DNA from: Azolla caroliniana
Lineage: Eukaryota; Plantae; Polypodiophyta
Reading direction: 5' to 3'
NCBI GenBank assembly: GCA_043228905.1
Contig: JBHGNT010000015.1
Coordinates: forward strand, 5,270,001-5,334,000
Length of the DNA: 64,000 nucleotides
Position numbers and translations under genes: made by a program. Positions 50,957 to 61,795 of this stretch are shown here, piece by piece (position 1 is the first letter of the stretch; each line of letters starts with the position of its first letter). The notes under the pieces were generated by a model that did no database searches, had not been told where the DNA came from, and saw nothing but the letters and a program-made list of their open reading frames with translations.

Positions 50957-53360
50957 CCATCAAACTAACCGGCACGGTCTGGTGTTCTCTAAGGTCTTCA
51001 TTGATCACCTTTCGTAACTCGCCCAAGGTGTCGTCAAAAGAGACCGCCTCCACGGCGCCGTTGATTTCTTCGTCGGGGGAGAGGACTCCGCATCCCCTGA
51101 GCCGCTACTCCGCCCTCTTCCTTTCCTGGCCGCTTACACCAGTTATAGTACAACCCCCACTGTCGGAGAACCAAAATTTCCTCCCTATGGTACAGGTCTT
51201 CTTCCCTACTGTACACTTGTGGGGTTTTTCCGGGGTGTCCGGACTATCGCGGCCCCACACGTTGATAGCTGTCTCTAAAAATCCCCTCAGGTTTCGCCTC
51301 CGAGGGTCTCGCGGTTACGCTCATGGTTCGGTCGCACCGTCAGGAACTGGACCGAGTGACGCCCGTCCTGGCTCTTGACTCTTGCATAGGCCGAACCGTT
51401 GTCCTGCACCTTGGTCTCCATCCGTGCCGCCGTGATGTATGGTTCTCCTAGTATAACCAGATGTGAGGACGTCCCTTGCACGAAGAAGTGTTGGTCGATC
51501 TTGATATCACCAATTTTCACCCGTACATTTGTGCAGGCTCCATGTAGTTCTTCCGTGGCGCGCGTTGTTGCCCGTATTTTCCAGCCATGTTTGGTGTTGA
51601 TCGGCCATTTTCCCCCTTTGTAGAAGTCCATGGACATCAAGTTGATTTCTGAACCGTGGTCCACCAACGCCACCACCGGCTCCTGGACATCCCCGATCTT
51701 AATAGGGGTCTCTGTGGTCGCTCTGGCCCAGTGCGGCCTCGAATAGTGGCTCTCCGCCAACTCGTCTTCTAGCGCCATGTCCTCTATGTGCGTCGTTCGC
51801 ACTTCCACCGGCTTCTCCAGGTCTAGCCCTGTCGACAGCCTCTTCCTCTTCACCAAGTCTACGATGGAGTCGTGGAACTCCTTCTTGGCGATCCCAAGCA
51901 CCTACCTCAGCGACAGCTCCACTTTGCTGTCGAGGATAGGTTCCTCCAGGACCTTTCGCAGATCCGTGGTCCTTTCGATTTCCATGCTCAACCGGTACCC
52001 GGCCTTCTTGGCTTTATCTGGTGCGCCGGTCGCACGGGCCTCATTCTACCGTTGACCAAATCGGGTCTCGTACCGTTGCGAGGGCCCAGCACCTTTGGTT
52101 TTACCTACTCGCTTGTCTTCCACCAGAGCCTCGTAGTTCTGGCATGCAGCTTCAACGAAGCCCGTCTTCTCTTCGACCGGGTCACTCCACCCGGTTAGCT
52201 CCCGGACCCGTTTTTCCACGCGGTCCACTTCTTCTTTCCTTAACCGTGCGCCGGCAAGGCCTTCCAGCATCAGCGGCCAGAATCCGGCTTCGTCCGTCTT
52301 CCGGGCCTCACCACCTCCGACCCGGATCCCTGCCGACGCCGAGTAGTGGACGGTCTCCGCGTGGCAAGCCGCCGCTTCTTCCATCAGCCGTTTCATACCC
52401 CCTCGTCCGACATTCAGGTTCAGGGCCCTTCGGGTCTTGCTAGCGTGCACCCGACCGTTCCATAGGTACACCACGTTGGCTCTCATTGCCTCGGCGAAGT
52501 CCCCGCAGTCCCTCCGGACGTGGCCGACCGCGTCGCACCACAAACACTAGTTTCCAGCTAGAGGCCTTCGATCACGGGCCTGTTCGCTGCCGTCCCTCCG
52601 TGCTTGTGCAATTTGGAGGTCCTTTACCATCCCAGTCAGCTCCTCTAGAGCTGCTCCTCCGCTCGAGCCTCTGACCATGCCGGTCGAAGTCGATCTGGTC
52701 TCGAGCCAGTCTCGGGTCACTTCCTTTATCGACCCACTCTCGCCGTTTGTCAAAACGGCCACAAACTCTCTTCACTACGGCCCAGTCGGCCGTCAGCCCG
52801 TCATCAGTCTCCAGCAGGAGACCCACCTGCTCTCGGTTCCTCGCATCCACCAACTTAACGAACAACAGGACGCGGCTCGTGTCTAGTACGGTCCGGTCGA
52901 GTGCCGAAAGACGCGCGAAGCGTTCTTCAAACTCCCGGAGGAGCACTGACGCGTTTCTCCCCTTTTCGGGGGTCTCTACCCATTCCATGAAATCCCGTTT
53001 CGAGAGCCGAAGCGCGTCATCAAGCCCGTCTTTTTCGAGGAGCCGACCTTCAAACTCTTCCCAGGTCCGGCTCTCAGCCCGTACCTCGAGCACCTTCGCA
53101 TGGATGCCCGATATTGCCACTCGCGGGAAACCGGTCAGTCGCCTCTCTTCCGGAATGTCTCTCATTACCATCTCGGCCCAGTAGGCCTCCAAATAGCTCG
53201 TAGCGTCCTTCCCACCGAACCGGCCTATCGTGCTGACAACCGCTTCAATGGCCCTATCGAGGGTGTCTGCACCTTCGCGCGCACTCACTATCCGATCCAC
53301 AGCCGAAGCCATGGCTTCTGCGAGATCCGACCCCTTCATCTTTCTATTCCTCTGCCGCAT
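50957..53360 (-). pseudogene. Gypsy C gag-protease and start of pol, degenerate
   Basis: C.WCD..GH.RRDC knuckle, ALVDHGSEINLM protease. Confidence 0.87.
51218..51284 (-). promoter_or_regulatory. Putative -1 ribosomal frameshift signal (Gypsy C)
   Basis: GGATTTT-TAG, then stems GCTATC/GATAGT and TGTGGGG/CCCCACA. Confidence 0.7.
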
Positions 53361-53383
53361 GTTCACGCCGGGTTCACCAAATA

Positions 53384-54081
53384 TGTCGCGTTGTTACGTG
53401 CGCGTGCGTGTAGAAAGAGGCGGGACCACCGGGGCCTTGGACCGAGAAATAGCTGAGAAGGAGGGGAACGGGAAGGCAACAGACGCACTTGCACGCACAC
53501 GGACGCGGGGCACACAGGAATCACAGTGCATCAACACAGCAAAACGAGACGACTAGAAGTCTGAGTATATGAACACGTATGTATATTAATTTGTATGTGT
53601 ATATCAAGACGGTTACAACTAACAGGCCGGCAAGGCGAACGTCGACGCCTGTTCACTCACACGTAGAAGAGCGAGATGGAGACTCTGCCGGAAGCACACG
53701 GGCAACCCACGAAGCAGAGTCAGCCTCCCGAAAACCTGCACCCAGCGAATATAGAGAAAGAAGGAGGAGAAGAGCTCGGTCCCAGTCTGACAGCACTTCG
53801 TCCTCCACAAAAAAAAACCGATCCCCCCTTTCATTCCTCTCCCTCTCTTTTATTGCCCAAGGAGGGAGGCCGTTATCATTTGTTACATCATATTAATTCT
53901 TTGTCCTTTCGGACAGAGATACACCTCGATTCTCTCCCTATTGAATGCGTGCTACCGAGGATTTCACCTCAGCCGACTTGTACCTACCTACTTACTATAC
54001 AACGAAAGTGTGCTCACGTGTAAGGGGCGGTTTACACACGCTAAATTCGGTTTCCGCCTAGGGACGGTTTTCTTCACGACA
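53384..54081 (-). repeat. 5' LTR of Gypsy C
   Basis: Repeat of 37364-38062; adjacent to the Trp PBS. Confidence 0.93.
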
Positions 54082-55317
54082 ACGGGAGCTGGAGACGCTT
54101 TCCGAAGCCGTAAAGGATCCGCAATGGATCGATGCAATGAATGAGGAAATGGAACGTTATGCAAAAACGAGACATGGGTTCTCTTCCCTCACACTCCGCA
54201 CAAGAAAGCGATTGGTTGTCGATGGATTTACAAAGTGAAACACAATGCCGACACCTCCATAAATCGCTTTAAAGCACGGCTTGTTGCGAAAGGATACACG
54301 CAAACGCACGACGTAGACTACGAAGAGACTTTTGCCCCGGTGGCAAAGATGACAATTGTGCGGACCGTAATTGCAATTGCGGCAGCAAAAGGGTGGTACC
54401 TCCACCAGATGGACGTCAAGAACGCCATTCTTCAAGGATAATTGGAAGAGGAGGTGTACATGATCCAACCACCCGGTTTTGAATCGCGCAATCATCCAAA
54501 CACCGTGTGCTGACCCAAGAAGCCTCTCTACAGCCTCAAAGAAGCACCACGTTGTCGAGGTATTCCTCGCGGATGCGTGGAATGAGGCGGGACCTCGGGG
54601 GTCCTGTACCGAAGAGCAAGAGAGAAAGGAGAAGAGACCCACTACGTGCGAGAGTAGATTCATAGGGACACGGCCCTTCGACACAAAGAAGCGAGTGGGA
54701 CAGTGACACAGAGAGACACGAATGTATGTATGTATTAACAAAGACAAACAACAAAACACGAAGTCGGTTACAACCGAACAGGCCGGCGAACAGATGCCGA
54801 TACCTGTTCGTAAACGCACAGAGATGAAGGAGTAGGTTGGAGGTGCTGCCGGAAGCACTCGGGCATTCCTCAGAGCAGCGCGAGCCTCCCGAAACCTGCA
54901 CAGAAGGAAGCTATGGAGTTTGTGAACCAGAGAGAGAGAAGCCTTCGCACCCAAACCGACAGCACTTCGTCCTCGACTCTCCGCGATCCCTTTCTCCTCC
55001 TTGTCTCCCTCCTTTTATAGGCAAGGAAGGAGCCGTTTCCCATTTACTTCCTACCTACCGAATCTGCCCGCCTAGGATCTCCTATGTACAACATAAGGCG
55101 CACGTGCATGAAGAGCCGGTTCCTACGCTCTGGTGCACCGATTCCGCTTGTGGACGGTTTTCTTCACGACATCCACCCCCACCTAACCGTGCATCCACCA
55201 GCATGCGCCAAATCGAGTTGGGACGGAGAAAACCGGTCCAGCCTTTATTCCCCACTCATCGGTTCTTCTTCGGTTTTGGATCGTCCGTCGTCCCGGTCCA
55301 GGTTATCCGGATCCGGC

Positions 55318-58300
55318 TCATCGTCGTGACGCTTGTACCATGTAAGGCCCGAACCACCTTCTTGCGAACTTCCGTGTCGCTCGGTGCTGGTTGTCGAGGC
55401 TGCTGTCGTAGACTAGCACCCAGTCGCCTTCCTCGATCTTCTTCGGTCGGAGCCGGTGCGTCCGGTCGAACCGGGCTTTGTTCCTCGTCCTGGCCACCCG
55501 AAGCTTTTCCGCAACCTGCTCCACGTCCTCCGGTCTCCGCTCGAGCTGTCGTATGCGCGCCGTCAACAGTTCCTCCCGGCTCATCTCGTCTCTCCAGTCC
55601 ACGGTTGCCCATGAGGAGACCGTACGTTCGATCGGCATGATCGGCTTCTGCCCAAACATGAGCTCTGCCGGCATGAATCCGGTTACCGAACTGTGCGTAG
55701 TCTGGTCAGCCCACAACGCGTAAGGCAGTAGCCGCGGCCAGTTCCCGACTTGACCTCCGCATGCCTGAACTAACGCCTTGACAATCGGTCCATGTCTGCG
55801 CTCCACCTTTCCATTCGCCTCCGGATTGTACGCAGTGGTAAGCGAGAGCTTGACTCCTAGCCGGTCGAACAGCTCTTCGGCTTCTTCGGCGTCCAACTCC
55901 CGGCGATCAGCCACGATCTTCCCGACGCACCCGTACCGGCATATCACGTCCTCGATCAGGAACCGACATACGGCTGCGGTCGTTTTGTTCTGAAGGGCTC
56001 GGCCTTCTACCTGGTTCGTTAGGTCTTTCCGAGCCAAGACTAGATACCGCATCTGTCCTACTCCCATCGGCATCGTCACCAGATCTACCATCCATTTGAA
56101 GTGGATGGTCGGAGGGTACGTAGGGTGAAGCTTGTCCCGATGTCGGACTATGGAGTGCATCTGACAGCTCTCGCAAGTTGTCACGAACTGATGCACGTCC
56201 CGGTACAGTCCCGGCCACCAGTACTTCCCCTTTATCTTCTCGAACGTGGCCCACGTTCCACGGTGTCCAGCCCAAGGGCTGTCGTGGTAGGCCGTCAGCA
56301 GCTCTTCCTGTTCTTCCTTCATCGCCACCACCCGGAGCGGGACGTCGTCCCTCTTCTTCGGGTGCTTCCATAAGTGTCCGTCCTGGAGGAAGAATCGGTA
56401 TGCTTTCTTCCGGATCCGGTTGGCCTCATCCCTCGTCCATGACGCATCCGGCGTCATTGTCCTCAGAAACCCACTGATCTGCAGCCACTCGCCGTCGTAC
56501 TTGCTCTCGTCGAAGCCGTTAAGTGCCGGAGTGCTCGCCCCATCGGTCGTCACGTACGCCGCCTCGAAGAAGTCCACGCCGACTTCTTCGTCCTCCGAAA
56601 CCATGCCGCCCTCGTCATCAAACCTCGCCCTCGAAAGCATGTCGGCCATGGCATTGTCCTTTCCGGAAATGTGTCGTATCTCCGGGTCCAGGGACTTGAT
56701 GTACGCTATCCACCTGAGCATCGCCAGGTCCGGTGTCGCGCATACGGAAACCATGCCGAGAATCGGCAGGCAATCCGTCTCGATAATCACTTCTGTCCCG
56801 ATCAGGTAGTCTTTGTCTGCCTTTACCGCCGAAACGATACCCCAGAGTTCGCGTTTAACCTAGGCGTACCCTCGCTGTCGCTCACTGAGGACCTTAGCGC
56901 CGAATCGGATCGGGAACCGGGTGTCGTCCTCATCTTCTTGGTTGACGACCCATCCGATCCCGGTCAGGCTCGTATCCACCGTTATGTATACCGGGGTACC
57001 CTTCTCGTAGACAGCCTTCCGGAGCGCCGGTGCTGCCGCAAGAGCTTCCTTCAGCTTCCGGACCGACTCCGTGTGCTCGTCTCGCCACTCGAATCTTTGC
57101 CCCTTCTTCAGCAACCCGTATAGTGGCTCCGCAACGTGGGCGTAATGCGGGATCCATATGTGGCAGAACGCACATGCCCCCAGGAACCTCCGAACTTCCG
57201 TAACCGAGCTACAGTCGGTCTTCATCACGGAGATGGCTTCTACCTTTGCCGGAGACGGCTTCCGGCCATATGGTCCACATAGATGCCCGACCACCAGGAT
57301 TTCTGATTGCCCGAAGGCCGATTTCTCCCCAGAGAAGGTGAGCCTCGCATCCTCTAGCCTTTGTAGCACCTTCTCGCAGTCGTCGATGTGTGTTGCTACG
57401 AATCGCCGGCATCCGTCCGCCTGAGTGTCTCGTCCTTCTCTTCCACCGGGCACCCCTTGATGGGGATGTCGTCTAGAAACGGCATGGTGATGTTCGGGAT
57501 GCAATCCCTCAGTACTTTGTTCATTGCATTCACCATGTGGGCCACCGAGTTGGTCCCTCCTTGTGGCAGGGTACACATTCGCACTAGGCCGAGGGGGGTT
57601 CGCATCGTCGTAATGTCTCTGCTCTCCACGGCTAGCTGGAACTGGTCGTACCCCGAGTACAGATCACCGACCGAGTAAATCGACCTTCCGGCGAAGGCCT
57701 CCGCGAACTCGTCTATGGTCGATCCGATTCCTGCGTTCCGAATGGTCACTCTGTTGACCGGCTGCAGGTCCTGAATGAAGCGCAATGTTCCGTTTTTCTT
57801 TGGTACGGTAAACCATCGGTTCGAGTATGGCGCACTCGACGGTTCGAGAATACCCATATCGACTTTCTGCCTCAGCAGCCCCATCAACTCCGGGATATGA
57901 GCTCTTGGTACCGGAATCGGCTTGAGATTCCACGGCACATGCGGTACTGTGAATATCACCATCGGCTCCACGATTGTCGGGTCTACGCACCCAATTTCTT
58001 CCGGCGAGAATGCGAAGGCTTTCCTGGGCCTTCCGAGCATTTTCCGAAACCGGTCTTCCTCCGCCGACAGTAGGAACCCGCCCCCACCGATCCTGAGCTC
58101 CCGGAGCGTCCCGTCGGTGAAGGTGTGTCCTATGCAGGCCGGGTCTCGTAAACTGGGGTCCGACGCCACCCCTCTGATTCGGGACTCACTGCCCTCCGGC
58201 AAGGGTGCTGCGACCTTCCGGTCCACAGTCTTGTACTTCGTGCTAACTCGGACCGTCTGATCCGACCCGAGCCCCTGACTGAAGTTCGCGATGACTTCAT

Positions 58301-60413
58301 ACATCTCTTCGGAACATACCGGTATCGTCCGGTCTTCATTAAGGTCTTCTCCGGCTACCTTCCTTAGCATTCCCAAGGTGTCGTCGAAGGAGACCGCCTC
58401 CACGGCTCCGCTGATTTCCTCGTCCGGCCGAGAACTCCGCACACTCGAAGTCGCACTTCCGCCCTTGTCTTTTCTCGGCCGACGATGCCGACTATCATAC
58501 ACCCTCCATTGTTGGAGAAGCAAAATTTCCTACCTATCGTACAGTCGTGGGGTCTTTTCCGAGTGTCCGGGCTGTCTCGGCCCCACGCCTTGGCAGCCCT
58601 CTCTAAAAATCCTCCCGGCTCTCGCCACCGAGGGATTCGCGGTTTCTCTCGTGGTTCGGCCGCACTGTCAGAAATTGCACCGAATGGCGCCCGTCCTGGC
58701 TTTTGACCCTCGCGTAGGCCGAACCGTTGTCCAGCACCTTGGTCTCCATTCTCGCCGCCGTGATGTATGGTTCCCCTAATATGACCGGATGCGAGGACGT
58801 CTCCTGTATGAAGAAGTGCTGGTCAATCTCGACGTCGCCGATCTTGACTCGCACGTTCGGGCAGGCCCCGTGCAGTTCCTCGGTGGCGCGCGTCACCGCC
58901 CGTATCTTCCACCCGTGCTTGGTGTTGATCGGCCACTTTCCCTTCTTATAGAAGTCCATGGACATCAGGTTTATTTCCGAACCGTGGTCCACCAATGCCA
59001 CCGGTTCCTGAACATCTCCGATCTTTACCGGGGTCTCCGTGGTCGCTCGGGCCCAGTGCGGCCTTGAATAGTGGCTCTCCGCCCACTCATCTTTCAGCGC
59101 CATGTCGTCGATGTGCGTCGTCCGCACGTCCACCAGTCTTTTTGGTTCTGTCTCCATCGACAGCCTCTTTCGTTTCACCAGGTCCGCAATGGAGTCGTGG
59201 AACTCCTTTGCGATCCCTAGCACCTCTCGCAATGACAGCTCCACTTTGTTGTCGAGGATCCGTTCTTCTAGGACCTTTCGTAGGTCCGTAGTCCTTTCTA
59301 TTTCCGTCCCCAGTCGGTATCCGCCCTTCCTGGGGTTATCTTGCGCGCTGGACCCACCGGCATCGTTCCGTCGTTGCCCGAATCGGGTCTCGTACCGTTG
59401 TGAGGGCCCGGCCACTCCGGCTTTCCCCACTCGTTTGTCTTCTACCAGAACCTCGTAGTTCCGGCAGGCGGCTTCTACGAAGCCCGTCTTCTCCTCGACC
59501 GGATCGCTCCACCTGGTTATTTCCCGGACTCGTCTCTCAGCGCGGTCCGTTTCATCTTTCCTTAGTCGTGCGCCGGCAAGACCTTCCAGCATTGCCGACC
59601 AGAATCCGTCTTTGCCCTCTGTTCGGGCCTCGCTGCCCCCGACCCGAATTCCGGCCGACGCCGAGTAGTGGATGGCCTCTACGTGTCGGGCCGCTGCCTC
59701 TTCCATCAGTCTCTTCATACCTCCTCGCCCGTCATTTCGGTTCAGGGCCCTCCTGGTGTCGCCGGCGTTCACCCGGCCTTCCCATAGGTACACCACCCGG
59801 TTCCTCAACGCCTCTGCGAAATCGTCGCAGTCCTTCCGAATGTGGCAGACCTCGTCGCACCACATGCACCTGTTCCCCGCTGCCGGCCGTCGGTCACGAG
59901 CCGGTTCGCCGCCTTCCCTTCGAGTCTGGGCGATCTGGAGATCCTTTATCGCCCGCGTCAACTCCTCCAACGCTGCTCCTCCGGACGAGCCATTGACCAT
60001 GCCGGTCGAAGCCTGACCGGTTTCGAGCCATTCCCGGGTTTCTTCCCTTCGCACTTGCGGTGCCGGTTCAAGCCTCCTTGCCGTGACAGAGCCCGCACCG
60101 GCTGCCCCGTTGTCAGCCCATTCTCGCTGTTTATCGAAACGGCCACAGACTCTCTTAACCGCTGCCCAGTCGGTTGTCAACCCGTCCTCGGTTTCCAGCA
60201 AGGAGCCGACTTGGTCCCGGTCCTGCTCATCCACCGACTTGACGAACAGTAGGACCCGGCTCGTATCCAGAACGGTTCGGTCAAGCGTCGAAAGGTGCGC
60301 AAAGCGTTCTTCGAACTCCCGGAGGAGTGTCGTCGCGTTTCTTCCCTTGCTGAGGGCCTCCACCCATTCCATGAAGTCTCGTTTCGAAAGCCGGAGCGCG
60401 TCGTCCAGCCCGA
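55318..60413 (-). pseudogene. Gypsy F gag-PR and pol, degenerate
   Basis: CMWCDEVCHIRKDC, ALVDHGSE, PFLDDIP, integrase core ORF 55318-56790. Confidence 0.9.
58546..58612 (-). promoter_or_regulatory. Putative -1 ribosomal frameshift signal (Gypsy F)
   Basis: GGATTTT-TAG, then stems GGGCTG/CAGCCC and CGTGGGG/CCCCACG. Confidence 0.7.
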
Positions 60414-60610
60414 ACAAATATTTTTATATTTATTATAGAAATACATAATTTTAGTGTGAAGTCCCATTTTTAATGTCAGATAAAAATATCCATAAATTTT
60501 GGGAAATGCAAAAGTGAGGAATTAATGAACCTTTATTTTATTTTATTCATTTATTAAAAATAAAACAAATATTTTTACATTTACTATAAAAATTTATTAG
60601 TGTCAAGTCC
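60414..60610. mobile_element. hAT-type MITE, internal/3' part (probably the rest of copy 2)
   Basis: Aligns to ~655-890 of copy 1 in the same orientation; right TIR not seen. Confidence 0.8.
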
Positions 60611-61149
60611 AATCTTGGGCAAAATCTCGACTCCCAAGAACTGTGTCAACATTCTGGTTAGGTTGGGACTTTTGCCGGCCAAGGTGGGAGAGCTGGAACT
60701 AATTCCGGTTCATATTTTTGTAACTGGCTATTTATGCTTCTTTTTTTAAGAAAAATGTTTAAAAAAATGTTTTTCCCTCTTTCACTATGTTTCCCCCCTG
60801 TTTCCCCACTCTCGAATCCCTCATTTTCCTTGTTCCCCCTATTCCCCTACTCTCGAATCCCTCTTTTTCTCCTATTTTCTCTCTCTTTTCTTGTGTCTGT
60901 ATTACCTCTTCACAAATAATGTACTCATTGAAGGAGTAGTGAAATTTGGGAAATTCGGTCCTACCAGGAAGAAAGTAAGTCATTTTATTCAATCAATTCT
61001 ATTTTTCCTTTAAACCTTCCCTTATTCTTGTTATGTAACTAGAAATATTTTTTGTTTTTATCTTCATTATGAATCAATTTTTTGGGTTTTTTCTTATCAT
61101 CATAATGAATTTTTTGGTAAATGTACTCAAGGTTTTAGAGTTTTTATTG

Positions 61150-61795
61150 TCGATGCGACAACTTGCTAACAAAGACAGGAAATTGGAAGCAACAATTTGT
61201 GGGACAGGATTATATGTTGAATAATATGTGCTAGGATTATTTAAAAGCATGAACCACATGATTATGTACTGCTTCACACCATCATTTCTAACTGTTGTTG
61301 GAGAAGATGAATTCATCTCTTCTAGTTTAGCAAGAACTGAAATTAGTTGGCCAGATGATGGAGATGGAATACTTCTATCATGTAATGTAGATATATGTAT
61401 CGTGCTCCAATTGGTTATTGCCCACATGCAATAGATCTTTTGTGCAGTTAATATGGACACTAATTTAATATGTTGTCTCTTTGTCAACAACATAACTATG
61501 TGGGACACAATGCCATCTGTTTGTACTCATGTTGTGGAGATTATGAGATGTTTGATAGCCTTCCGATCTATGTAAATGCAAAAGGAGCCCCCAACTCATC
61601 AAACCATTAGAGGTATGTTTTCATGTTTGCCTTAATGTGGCTAATTCATTTGTGTGTTAAACTCCAAGCAATTTGCACATACATCTCAACTATGGGGTGC
61701 TTTGTTTCTTTCATCTCATGCACCTTTGTGGGTTAATAATAATGCAGGAAGAGATTGATGATGAGATAGATGAATATGTGGATGTTCATAAAAGG
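61150..61795 (+). pseudogene. Possible degenerate spliced coding remnant, unknown product
   Basis: Donor-like AG|GTATG ~61613, acceptor ATGCAG ~61747, donor AG|GTAATG ~61795; reading frames broken. Confidence 0.25.

Larger units (their letters stand above)
37364..54081 (-). mobile_element. Ty3/Gypsy with tRNA-Trp PBS (Gypsy C), containing element D and Copia E
   Basis: LTRs 37364-38062 and 53384-54081; 4-bp TSD ACGG (37360-37363, 54082-54085); PPT 38063-38074; PBS 53362-53379. Confidence 0.93.
34232..54552 (+). mobile_element. Ty1/Copia (Copia B, same family as Copia A); interrupted by Gypsy C and F, 3' part deleted
   Basis: 5' LTR 34232-34535 (TG..CA), PBS TGGTATCAGAGC 34536-34547, gag ATG ~34640; coding runs to 37363, resumes 54086-54552 (KVASVR|ELE...). 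Confidence 0.9.
54553..60413 (-). mobile_element. Ty3/Gypsy related to C (Gypsy F), 5'-truncated in gag
   Basis: 3' LTR 54553-55171 (TGTCG..CGACA), PPT 55172-55183, IN/RH/RT 55318-58523, gag-PR 58603-60413. Confidence 0.92.

Noticed and set aside
54157-55640. 265- and 267-aa ORFs spanning the Gypsy F LTR
   Set aside because: They cross element junctions and contain no recognisable domains
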